Source: Glycera tridactyla (lineage: Eukaryota). Taken from it: a DNA stretch of 64,000 bases. Both the position numbers and the translations under genes were made by a program. Of this stretch, positions 25,386 through 37,800 are shown one piece after another. A model generated the notes under the pieces. That model saw only the letters and a program-made list of their open reading frames with translations, had not been told where the DNA came from and made no database searches. Position 1 is the first letter of the stretch. Every line of letters starts with the position of its first letter. The stretch covers positions 38,068,001 through 38,132,000 of the forward strand of contig OZ286466.1 in assembly GCA_965644265.1 (NCBI GenBank), written 5' to 3'.

Positions 25386-26984
25386 AGCATGATGTGCCCA
25401 TACTGTGCAGCTTCCACCTTTTCTGCTAGATAAGCAATTCCTGATTGAGTACAACCTCACTGGGGAGACAAAAGTCGAGTCTCAATAGTTGAGGGGGGGG
25501 GGGGGGGGGGGTGTGAGGACGTCTCCCTGGACCAGTGGTGTTTTGTGGGAATCCTGCCCCACTCTATTGTTCTCTCTACAATCCTCTCAATCCCAGACCC
25601 CCACCCCGTCTCAATATGGGTCACTTCATGTTCTACTCGAGATGAGTTACTTTTATAGTCATTATTGTAAGCACAACTCAATGACTGAGATGAAACACAC
25701 ATACACATGTATTCACAGAAAACTCAACTTCTGATACATTAATATGTACATTTATTTGATAACATTCATAGTACTAGCACAGACAATATCATGCAGATAT
25801 ACAACAGTATGTAAACAAATGTAAAACTGGAAATGATACACAGTATTCCATGTAAATGTCAACAGAACATACTAGATAAAAAAGTTCTCAAACATGGAAT
25901 TTTGAGAAAATTGTTTGAATCCAACTGCTCCACCTCCTTTGGCAGTTTCTCTGCTGAAACACTGTGGTCTCGAAGATTCAACGGCTGCTGAACAGTGGAA
26001 TGTGGGGTCTTGTTGAAGATTTAACAGATGGCATGTATGGACTCATCTTCTGAAGATTCCTTATACCAAAGCATGGTAAATTCCTATTGTTGCAATATAC
26101 TTCATTATCATTTGCTGAAAAAATAACATGAATCTTCTCATGATCGGATAATCAGTGCACACAGTGAATATATCTCACGATCCAACAGCAGGCAAATACA
26201 TGTCCTCTCATGGTACCATTTTCTGAACAATGTCAGGGGATATGTATCGTAACAAGAATATATGACCTTGAAGTAAAAACGCTATACCAAATGAGGTTTG
26301 AATTTTGCTGGATGTCATAAGGCCAAAGGCCTAGTTACATCCAGCGAAATTCTAACCAAGTTTGGTATTGCATTTTTACCTCACGGCCATATATTCTTGC
26401 TTTTATCACATGAATTAATGGAGAAATCATCAGGAAGTAGCTCTCGCCCAGCTGTGTAGTACCACACACAATACTCAACACCTGATACTCCACTGAAAAT
26501 GTCACATCCATGTGATAAAGAAAATGGATATTTTCCATGATGGCTAGTTGGCAATAGTACTCCCCAGTAGTGTCGTCTCCCTGAAAAGTTACAGGCAATA
26601 TCAGAATTGAAGCAATGCAACAGAAATCCTTATTCCACATTAGCAATGAAGAGTTGAAATTCTGCTGGACTACACACATTCATGTCCATTGCCTATCTTT
26701 TGTTTAGAGTGCATGTGTATTTCTCTATATCGGAACCTGTGATGAAAGACCCCCAACGAGAGACCCCCTTGCCCTTTGATTGGAGATCACTTGTAAGGGC
26801 AGCTATTCTTTGTAGTCAAATATTCCTCCACCAAAAGGACACTTCTTTTGAGCAACCACTCCTTAGTGACATAAATTGCAGTCTCTCAATATAATTGGTG
26901 TTATATTGATTGCAAGATGATTACAGTCTTTTTACGAATATAAATCAACTTAAGCAATGTTTAGTTTGGTTGAGGTTTAGTGGC

Positions 26985-27102
26985 ATGTATCAACCCAGAG
27001 GCTTATGTATGGCATGCATCCCCTGTCAATGAAAGCTAGATGTTCTCTCCCTTGCAGGCATCACTCTCACAAACCCTGGATACAAGATGATGGGGATCCT
27101 CA
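26985..27102 (+). repeat. Dispersed repeat of about 115 bp; second copy at about 31090-31197
   Basis: gcatgtatcaa.ccagagg..gtcaatgaaag.t.gatgttct.tccc.tgcag.catcact..cacaaaccctg.a.acaagatgatg in both. Confidence 0.8.
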
Positions 27103-30100
27103 AAGGTTGTCAAGTGGAAGTGGCTGACATTTCAGTCACACCTGTACCAATCTCACAGGAACATATTGAACCTAATGATGGCACATCCTATTCTGTAACT
27201 GCTTGGAAGCTGACACTTAAGCCTGATAGCAAATTCCTTCTTTTTTAGCAAAGCACAGCACTTGAAATAAGCTTCAGAGATTACTCAACCGAGTGATCAC
27301 TGAGGAAATGGTGAGAAACGAATATGATGTATCTGCTGACTGGATCAAGGCAACTCGTTCGTTTTAAATCTAATCCAGTAAACATGTACATCACATCATG
27401 AATATTTCTTGTGGAGATGTTGGTTGGTTGGAATGTCATAAGTAGTAATCCACAGTATACTGCCACGCACCTGAATACAAGACGATGGGGTGCCAGAAAG
27501 CTTGTCAAGACAATCTATGTATTTACCAACTGATTTTCTCTGAATTGAGAAGCTCCAGTCATCGTTGATGAGGATTTGTGACATGATATTGATAAGAAAA
27601 AAAGCCAAATTATCCTATCATATATGTATACTTGACAGATCGATGCTGTTAAAAAAAACTTGCATGTCCAAACTACAATCATTTATCTTATGTTGCGGAA
27701 CACAAAATCTTTTTACCATGCATATTCATACCTTTGGAAATGGCAATACAACAAAGGTATATAATTGAATGATATGCAAATATCAGTGTTCCAGGCTAGC
27801 ATTGAAAATCTGGCGAGCAAGTCCTTAGAGACTATAGACTCTTTCAAAACTTTAGCACCTTTGGGATTCCATTCCAAAGTGTGGCTTTTAGTGAATACAA
27901 ATAACAACCAGTTTTCATCAGTCTACCACCAAAGGACCCTAGAATATGTACCATGGAAAAGTTTCTCATAATTCTTGCTGATTCACATGGACCGATGCAA
28001 TGCAAGAGCAGGTTTATTTTCACCAAGGCACAGTAAAACATGAGCAGGTTTTAGGTTCATTGACTATTTCTTTCATAACTGTGGTGTTGCAAACACATTT
28101 ATCATCTGATATTCTTTGTTACAGGTGGCCGTTGAAGCCCGGCAATGATATAATTAAGAGTGGTATGGCATAAAAGCCGACAAGGTTGAGACCTCTGATT
28201 CTCATCAGCTTAGAAACATGAAAGACATTAATCTTGTATAAAAAACTGAGATTATACATACAATAATTACCAGAAGCAACTCCTGCTCCTTATGGTAGGT
28301 TGTCATGATCTAATGGCCAAACTATACAGTCTTCCATCCACTAGTTCTATCCTGGAAAGAGTATGCATCTACAAATAAAACTGTTGAGCTATGATGTTAC
28401 TTCTGAACAAGGAATCAGAAAGATTTAACATCATGAAATAGCTACTGGCACAAAAATCATCGCTAAGTGACTGTCAATGCTATTTACAGAATTTCGAACA
28501 AGCACTGATTACGGTACATTCTCACACATAGGTCAACCTGGCATTTCGATCATCCCAACGATTATGTCTCTAGAATTTGGATTAGACTCAGTCCAAATGC
28601 TTGCTTCATTTTCATACAGCAAGTTGTAACCAATTCACATTAAGACAATTTAGACTCAAGACAATTCATGGCTTACTCCAGTGATTGTTGAGCCAGTTGT
28701 GCCTCCATACTACAGTGTATGGCCCATGACGGGTGATCTCCACTAGGAGAACCACATGTGAATCATCTTGTATTTTGTGATATAAATAGAAGGCAGCCAT
28801 CTTTAACAATGATTGGAGCACCATCACTATGTCTATTCATGAATGGATGAAGCCTCACTATGGCAAATCTCTGTTCAATGCCAACTAGAGTGCAAGCTAC
28901 TTTATTTTCGTTGTTGACTATCCTTGTTCGATTTGGTTCAAACTGATGGATCACCCAGCTAGATTGTTACTGAATGAATTCATCAGATTTGTTATTGCAA
29001 AAAATATCATTTCCACAGATGAGAAAAGTTAATGTATGTGTATTCTGTACTGATTATTGACCCTAAATTGTATTTTTGGCACCTTGAGAATTACCAGGAT
29101 TGGTAAATTTGATATTACCGTACATCTCTGTTTTCCCAGTGAAGTCAGTCACACATATCAGCTTGAGAAATTTAACATATATCCCGGTACACATGGTATA
29201 TTGGTATCTATTCATGATGAAAGTAGAGAAAAAAATTGATTTTCATCCAATATTTCTCTATTATGGAACAAAACAAGTGATGTTGATCAAACTGAAACAG
29301 CCAAATTCTGTTACAAAAATACACAAAACTGTGGCATAGACAAATTGTGTATCTATAGCTGTAATACTAAAACTGAAAACTCAAAATGGAATTCAAATAT
29401 TATGACTGAGATTCAGCATATCATGGGGAATAAGCGACAGCAAAGCATTTACAATGCCGTGAAGGCCAAGAAATAACAACAAACACCCGTGGGTACTTCA
29501 TTTTATGACCTAGTTATGAGCTCAAATGTGTCGTTTCGAACAAGGTCATAAAGTGATTGTTATGTTGCAGAAAGTATTCTGCGGTGTCACATACTCCATG
29601 GAAGTATGAATGATTCATCTTGGAGAAAGAGGAATGAAGTTGTAATGAGAAATGATAGGTGCTCAGTTATTGAGTGATATGGCATTCTCAAGCGATATAT
29701 GTATATACCCAACATGATGATTAATATAACATTTCGAGATACACTACTACACACTATTTTCTGCTGATAAAATACCTTACAGACTACAAACTCACACAAT
29801 TCTAATGAACAGTGTCATTTACAAACTCGCACAAAAATAATGGTATAATTTAGCAAGAATCCTCAAATATATTGTCCTATTCACAAGCGACGAGAATCAA
29901 ATTACAGGATACATACACAAGAGAGGAATGATGTTATNNNNNNNNNNNNNNNNNNNNNNNNNNNNNNNNNNNNNNNNNNNNNNNNNNNNNNNNNNNNNNN
30001 NNNNNNNNNNNNNNNNNNNNNNNNNNNNNNNNNNNNNNNNNNNNNNNNNNNNNNNNNNNNNNNNNNNNNNNNNNNNNNNNNNNNNNNNNNNNNNNNNNNN

Positions 30101-31803
30101 NNNNNNNNNNNNNNNNNNNNNNNNNNNNNNNNNNNNNNNNNNNNNNNNNNNNNNNNNNNNNNNNNNNNNNNNNNNNNNNNNNNNNNNNNNNNNNNNNNNN
30201 NNNNNNNNNNNNNNNCAAACATCCATAATTGAACAAATCTGAGTTTCACATGACACAGTTTTGGATATAGATACATTCTACATATCTCTACAATTTCACA
30301 CTACTACAGTCAAACATGTCTCAAATCATGAAGGACATCATTACAAATGTACACCTTGCCAGAACTTATAACCTCATTTCACTTCAATATGGAAATTGCA
30401 GAAGGGATCTCAGACACTCCTGCATTGCCACAATTATATCATCTACCATATTGATTCATTGGTGAAATGGCCCCTGTCCTAATTTCAAACAAGCTGTCCA
30501 CAGAGGGATTTTCACTCTGCACTCTTAGAGTTGTGATAATGGAATGAAGTGAAGCTTCCTGGAGTGCTGTTTACTACAGCTTTAAACTTTCTCATCAAAA
30601 CAGGGTAGACATATACATGTATGTCAAAAGTCACAAATTTCTGTCTGGAAGCATATCCAAGATAGTGACCAGGGCTGCCACACGTTCTTGATAATCTATT
30701 AGGTGCAAATAACTTCATCATGTGATCATGATCCAAGCGTTGTTTACATGACATCTCAACAGTGGGACATCGCAGTTGCCACCTGTTGACGAAGGAGTCT
30801 CTTCAAAAGCTACGTAAAACTCACGTTTTGACATGAGCAACGTGAAATTCCTATAACATATTCAAAAATTATCTCAGTTTTTTTTGTCTCACCTGGCACT
30901 GGCATGTGAAACATTAGTCAATCCAATATATCGGACCTATGTCAAGAAACTAACAAACATTCTACAGATACTTGAGTCACTTCAGTATCTCAATATGGGG
31001 ATGCAAATTTCATTGCAAAGGTTTTGTCCCAATGATAGCTGAACCATGATTTTCATGAAGATTGATTTATTGATTGTTTGACATTCAACAGCATGTATCA
31101 ATCCAGAGGATTATGCTGTATGTTCCTGGTCAATGAAAGATGGATGTTCTGTCCCCTGCAGACATCACTGACACAAACCCTGAACACAAGATGATGAATC
31201 GGTGGTAACATATAAGACAGATTCAACTCTACATTAATCTACTTCGTTACATCTACACTATTACAAAACCTACATATTTCCCGGAAGGGAATCACTCATT
31301 ATGAAACTGTCCTAATGACTGCTATCACTATCTATACCTATTAATAAAGCCCACTAGTCATACATGTTTCACTCTAAACAAATCCATTCCTGTGACGTGA
31401 ATCATCTTTCGATTCATATTACTTATCCTGGGGTGAATTTTATTCATCCACGTTGGCACAGAGACTGAAAGGTTTATAGTTCTTTTGAATGTAGAGAAGG
31501 TGGTTGATCTCATTTGGAAAATTGTCCGACAAAAACGGAGTAGTGGCTTCAAAATAATGGATTGGTGATGACAAGTATTTATTCAGGACCCAATGCGTCA
31601 TGGAGGAATATACAAACAATGCATGACGGAGAACATTCAGACAAACCAAGTCAATTTGTGGATAATTAAAGGACATACGCCTATGCATATTATGTCCTGC
31701 ACACACACAAACTTGCATGCGCAAACGCGCGCACCCGCACACACACACACACACACACACACACCAAAAACGAGCAAACAAACAGCTGCCTCTCAGATCT
31801 CAC

Positions 31804-31900
31804 CTTTATGTACGAGTTTGTATATTCAATAATTCGTTTCTGTTCTCAGTTCAACAACACAATCTCTTGCAAGCTCCTCCATAAATATGCCCCTCCCCTG
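31804..31900 (-). promoter_or_regulatory. Possible promoter and short non-coding first exon for gene A
   Basis: Minus strand GGGGAGGGG, then TATTTAT (31881..31887), then a strong donor AAG|gtgaga at 31804; lies between gene B stop and gene A first Ig exon. Confidence 0.25.
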
Positions 31901-34435
31901 ATATGAGCTCACATCTCCACCATTCACTCACAATCCCTAATTATTCTAGGCTTTATCACCTAATATGGGAAGTCTGTATTTAATGGAATAACAATCCATG
32001 AAAACAGACAACTTGATGCAGAGCATCACAATGTAGGGCATCTTTAGCATTGGAATGATAATAATAATTATATCATTCTGTGTAGTGCCTATGTTGCTAA
32101 TTGTGATATGGCAAAAATAAAGTTTTTTGAATTTGAATTTGAATATAATAATAATAATAATAATAATAATCATTACTATCATCATTATAATTATCACCAT
32201 CATCATCATTACAGTATTATCATACCAACAGGCATCAACCAAGTGATATTTCATCTGCTGCGAAAGCAAAATGAAATCTCATGGAGGGTGGCAAGTGACA
32301 TCTGTTAGTGGACTACTGTATTGATAAGTTGCTTCCCATACACCAGATGGCTCCACTTCTTGCCTGCACGTGCTTCTAGATGGCACTTATGGACGCCTGC
32401 TTCACTCAGATGCATATGGAAATCAGGGAGGCCAACTTGAATAAACCTAGCGATTTTTCCATTTGACATTACAAAATGAAACCTCGTTGAGTAATGACAT
32501 TATTCAGTGACATAGTCCATGTAAACCTGAACGATGCAGTTGTCCAAAAAATTGGTAAAGAATAGTGAAGTCTACATTCAAATTTGCTCATGGGTGCAAT
32601 CACTATCTTATTCATTGCTTAGCTTCCTGGTCTCAACTATAATGTGTCCAAAAGACAGATCTGACCCTAGACCGGTGGTCAGAGCAACAGCTAAACTTCG
32701 GCCATAGTTCAGACTACCAGCATCATCTGACTTTGCTGGTCATGTGACTGAAACAAGAGCTTCAATTGGCTCCTAGTTGCTCCAACAGAATGAGAACCAA
32801 TATTCAACTGTGGCTTGAATTCATTTGAAAAAATAACAAGATACACACTCAATTCATTCCTCAACAAACACATGATAATGCAAACAGACAAGACAATAAA
32901 TTATCATCAACAATAAGATGCGTATATCGAGAGCTCATAATATTTTTTCATTTGATAATGACTATCAACAACCAAGCTACAAAATTGCAGACAACCACAT
33001 TTATTTACAGGATTGTTCAACCCTCTCATCCCCGGATTTATGATTGACTCGAATCATCATCATTTATTACCAATACATCTCATACTCCATCCAACTCACA
33101 AATAGAATACAGGGAGGAAAGAGCGCCCTCAACCAAAAATATTATTGGTAACTTACCTGAAAAACTTCACTGTACACCTATTATATTCTTCCACATATTG
33201 TTATTCTTTCAATATGATGGCCCTATTGTGAAGTGTTCTCAGTGACTTCACCCTATGTCATCATTCTTATTATAAATCAACATATGTAATTAAGAATTGT
33301 TGACACATGGAAGTATCTGAACTGAATTATTCAAAAATAGATGGAATGTAACAAGGAAAATTCCAAATATATCAGCAGCCCCAAAATCACTACTAACAAT
33401 GAGATAAACATAGCGAATACAAATTCTATCCTACAAAAATGTAATTGCTGATTTATAACTATAATACCATAATGATCAATTGCAGAATATCTAACCACTC
33501 TCCTCTGGTCAGGTGGTCTTCTCCAGCAAAATACCTCAAATGAAGAGGAAGTAGATGATTCAGAGATGTGGGCCCAAAATATGGACCAATAAAATGGGTG
33601 ATTTTGGAAATGTAGTCACATTTTTGCTCGATGTTTTATTAGTCTTAGGATAAAGCACTCAAAAGGTTTCAAGTTAGGCGGCAGCATGCATCAAGGAGAA
33701 AATTTTGCTGGTGGCTTTTGCCAGATTGTGAAATAAATAGTATGCGGGACCCTTTAACTTTCATTAGACCTATCAAATATCAAAGGTTGTGGTATGAATA
33801 TTTACAATTTCTCCATTCACACATAAGTTTGTTCATTATTTTCATTCAGTTTGAATCATTGCAACTACTCAGCTCGGAAGATGTGACCACCCAGCTGTTT
33901 CTATGGAATACACTGCCATCTGATGCTTCACTGAGGAACTAATGGCACACATCACTTCCATCAGGTGGCTGCAAATAAAAACTGTCCCTCTGTTCTCCTT
34001 GTGCAACAAACTGAAAAATGAAAGACAGAAAGACATACACTGACTGAAAGGCAGAAAGACTGTCAGATATAATTGATGACAGATCAACTGACCATTACTC
34101 ATTTCTCAAGTTGATAAAAAGATAACTGCAAATCAAGATGGATTATAGGTCACGCACCCAGCTCTTTAATCAATTCCACATCGATGTGATCCCTCAAATG
34201 TGATGTCAATACCGACCAAATACAATCACATTTGTGATGGATGCTCTCAGTTCATTTTTCACACACCACCACACTAAGAATTAGTGCGATATATTACAAT
34301 ACATCAACATTCAGGTAACTCCGAAGATGAAATAATGTTAGTTTCTCCTGTTACTGACGGATCGTTTCTCCGAGCATGTTGTATACTCATTCCTGATTTT
34401 GATGATTCTGACATGAGACACGCAAACACACTGCT

Positions 34436-34441
34436 TTTATT
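34436..34441 (-). terminator. Candidate poly(A) signal for gene B (another at 33635..33640)
   Basis: AATAAA on the minus strand about 340 nt after the stop. Confidence 0.3.
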
Positions 34442-34776
34442 CACTTTCTATTGTGCTATGATGTATGTTGACTAGATAATGTGAGTGTCTGATGGCATTT
34501 TGTCTTATGTGACGGCTTCATATAAGTGTCAAACTGATCATATACCTCATTTGGTGCTGATGACTGAACCAAGTGAATCAATAAGTTGTGGAGATACAAA
34601 TAAATAAAATGCAGAAGAAAATATTTTTGGCAAATCAAATGTCATACACACATAAATAACCAAATCTGAGCGGATTAATAAAATCTTCTCCTCCCACAAA
34701 TCGGTGAGATAGCGTGAAAAAAAATAGCTCAGTCGAATCATGGATCTAGTCCGCCCTCCAGCGATAATTAGAGGCA

Positions 34777-34886
34777 TCACAATGATAGGGATGAGATGGC
34801 AAGCAAGATGGCGGTGGTTGCTATGGTGACCAGTAGACTTGAGCCTGTAGGTGAGCTTACACCACCCCCAATGACAGCAGCCGTGT
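34777..34886 (-). CDS. Gene B terminal coding exon: GPI-signal-like tail
   Basis: Acceptor tttgttctgttacag, phase 1; (D)TAAVIGGGVSSPTGSSLLVTIATTAILLAISSLSL-stop. Confidence 0.88.
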
Positions 34887-37800
34887 CTGTAACAGAACAA
34901 ATACAGCATCGAGATTAGGATAGATGTTCACTTATACGTCAAATCCAACATTCACCAGGACCCAATTCCCTGTCGCTGCATTTATTCCATCAGTTGTTGA
35001 ATAACTGTGACCCCAAAATAGGAAGTCAACATGTGAATTTTATTCATAGAATGAAACCCTCAAGATTGACCACTCCCCATCTGACCTCAATGAAACTTGA
35101 CATCAAGCTATCATGGTTTAACATGGAAAATATTAACTTATTATGTCATTTGATAGGATTACTTGGTGTATGTTATACTTAAGTGCAATCAGCAAGCCAT
35201 GGAATTTGATTCAAAGTTTCTATGCAAACCTCATCAAATACAATGTTATCTGGAGTGAAGGGACTATTACTTCTAGTTGCCACGTCAACCAATAGCTATC
35301 AATCTTTATAGCGGACCTTCAATGGAATTATGGTATGTGACAAGCAATAACCTCTAATTCCACGCCCTTGATGATCTGAAAATTTGTCCTCACAGATAAG
35401 CGGCCACTATGTAGTGATGACTTACAGTGAAAATACCATGGTCTAAAATTGAGATATTAGAAGGCAGGTGATGTGAAACCCTGCAACAAGAAACCCCTGA
35501 CTAGAGACCACCTCCAACACGAGACTGCTTTTCTTTTTGACAAAGTCAAATTCACCACACATGAGTCCGCCTCTTCTGAGAGACCTGTTTGGTGACATTT
35601 AGGGTGGTTTCCCATCGCAGATTTCCCTGTAGTATTTCATGCAAGGATTTCCCCTATAATTTTTCCATTTCTATTCACATCAATGAATTTCGGAAATCTT
35701 ATTACAAGTGATATTGACTCTGAAAGGTTGGATTTGGTCTAGAGGATCACTCTAAATTTGTTTTGTATCGAAATGATTTCAGAAGTAGAAACTGACCTTC
35801 AACCAGTAGTATTGTCGTTTGTGATTCCCCAAGTGCATTACTTGCAACAAATGTGTAGTTTCGGAACATCTGTTTTGCGACAATTTTCAAGATCAGCTGC
35901 ATCAGTGTACGACCCTCATCCTGGAAAAGACCACATGGATGTAGAAAAAGTCATCANNNNNNNNNNNNNNNNNNNNNNNNNNNNNNNNNNNNNNNNNNNN
36001 NNNNNNNNNNNNNNNNNNNNNNNNNNNNNNNNNNNNNNNNNNNNNNNNNNNNNNNNNNNNNNNNNNNNNNNNNNNNNNNNNNNNNNNNNNNNNNNNNNNN
36101 NNNNNNNNNNNNNNNNNNNNNNNNNNNNNNNNNNNNNNNNNNNNNNNNNNNNNNNNNNNNNNNNNNNNNNNNNNNNNNNNNNNNNNNNNNNNNNNNNNNN
36201 NNNNNNNNNNNNNNNNNNNNNNNNNNNNNNNNNNNNNNNNNNNNNNNNNNNNNNNNNNNNNNNNNNNNNNNNNNNNNNNNNNNNNNNNNNNNNNNNNATG
36301 GATGGATAGAGGAATAAATGTATGGAGGANNNNNNNNNNNNNNNNNNNNNNNNNNNNNNNNNNNNNNNNNNNNNNNNNNNNNNNNNNNNNNNNNNNNNNN
36401 NNNNNNNNNNNNNNNNNNNNNNNNNNNNNNNNNNNNNNNNNNNNNNNNNNNNNNNNNNNNNNNNNNNNNNNNNNNNNNNNNNNNNNNNNTGGATGGGTGC
36501 ATGGACGGATGGATCGATAGGTGCATAGATGAATGGATTGATTGATTGATTGATGAATGGATAGATAGGTGGATCTTGGGTGGATGGATGGTTGGATTGA
36601 TTGATGAATAGAAAATTAACGGATGGATTGATGGATGGATGGATAGGTGAACAAATGAATGGATGGATGGATTGACCAATGAATGAATAAATAAATGTTG
36701 TCAAAATGATACTTACATCAGTAACAAGCTTTCCAAAATATCGTCCATCTCCGGGACCTTTCGGTAGCACATATTTTGGTACCTCCTCGGCTTTGGCCTC
36801 ACCCATAGGGTACCAGTAAAAATGGTAGTCGGAGGGGGTAGGCTGACTGGACACTTCACATGAGATCACAAAGTCACGCTCGTACAAGTAGGCCCTCTGC
36901 TCCGTTGCACACTCAAATCGCGGGCTCACTGCACAAAATCAAACCAGACGGCTCATTAGATCAGTTGGTCAGTTTAAATTTAATGGCATGTATCAATCTA
37001 TGGGATTTTGTATGCTGTGAATCTACAGGGCTCTACTTTGACATTTTTCTCCAGCAGTTCTCAGTGCTTTACATTAACCTTTTTCTTCAGCTGTCCTCGG
37101 GCAGTTGAAGTAGGATTTCAAGCTGCCCTCACTGTCATTTTCACCTGCCCTCCTGCATATAATCACTGCCTAAATAAGGGTAAGGTACTTGCCCATCAGC
37201 AGGCAGATTGATAAAATCACTCGCCCTAACAGGAAATCTGCCTGCCTGAGCCATTAGGGCAACCATTAACATAGAGCCCTGGTTCTTCTGGCAGGTGAAG
37301 TGAGATTTTCACCTGTCATCCATAACATTTTCACTTGCCCTCCAGCATACATCCATGGAGTAGATAATGATCATGTGCCTGCAGATGGGACAGATAAAAT
37401 GACCTGCCCTAACAATGATTGACCTTATGATACCAATAGGACAGAGCATAGCATAGAGCCCTGCATTTTTCAGATCTATGAAGGGCCGATGAATTAACCC
37501 CTGCAGGCACCATTATCACGCAACCAAAGAGAGAGGTTGACAAGGGGAAGTATGTAGCAGTTCATACACACCTCTATCTACACCAGTTATCAGAAACTTA
37601 TATCAGATTGAAAGTCCAAAGGTTTAACTGCACAATGATACATGCAATAAGAAACCCAAACAAAAGACTGTGCTTCAGTGGTCTCTGAAAGCATCTTACC
37701 TGTTTGATATAATTGATATACATCTGATGCAAGATTACATCATTCTAATGACTGTTCTTGAGAAAAATCAGAGCAGTCTATCATAGGTATCATGGGATAT

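Noticed and set aside
29897-36679. Long ORFs full of X, also at 2870-3166 and 7558-8024
   Set aside because: Artefacts of N-gaps and simple repeats; only 36717-36928 and 35797-35920 are real exons.
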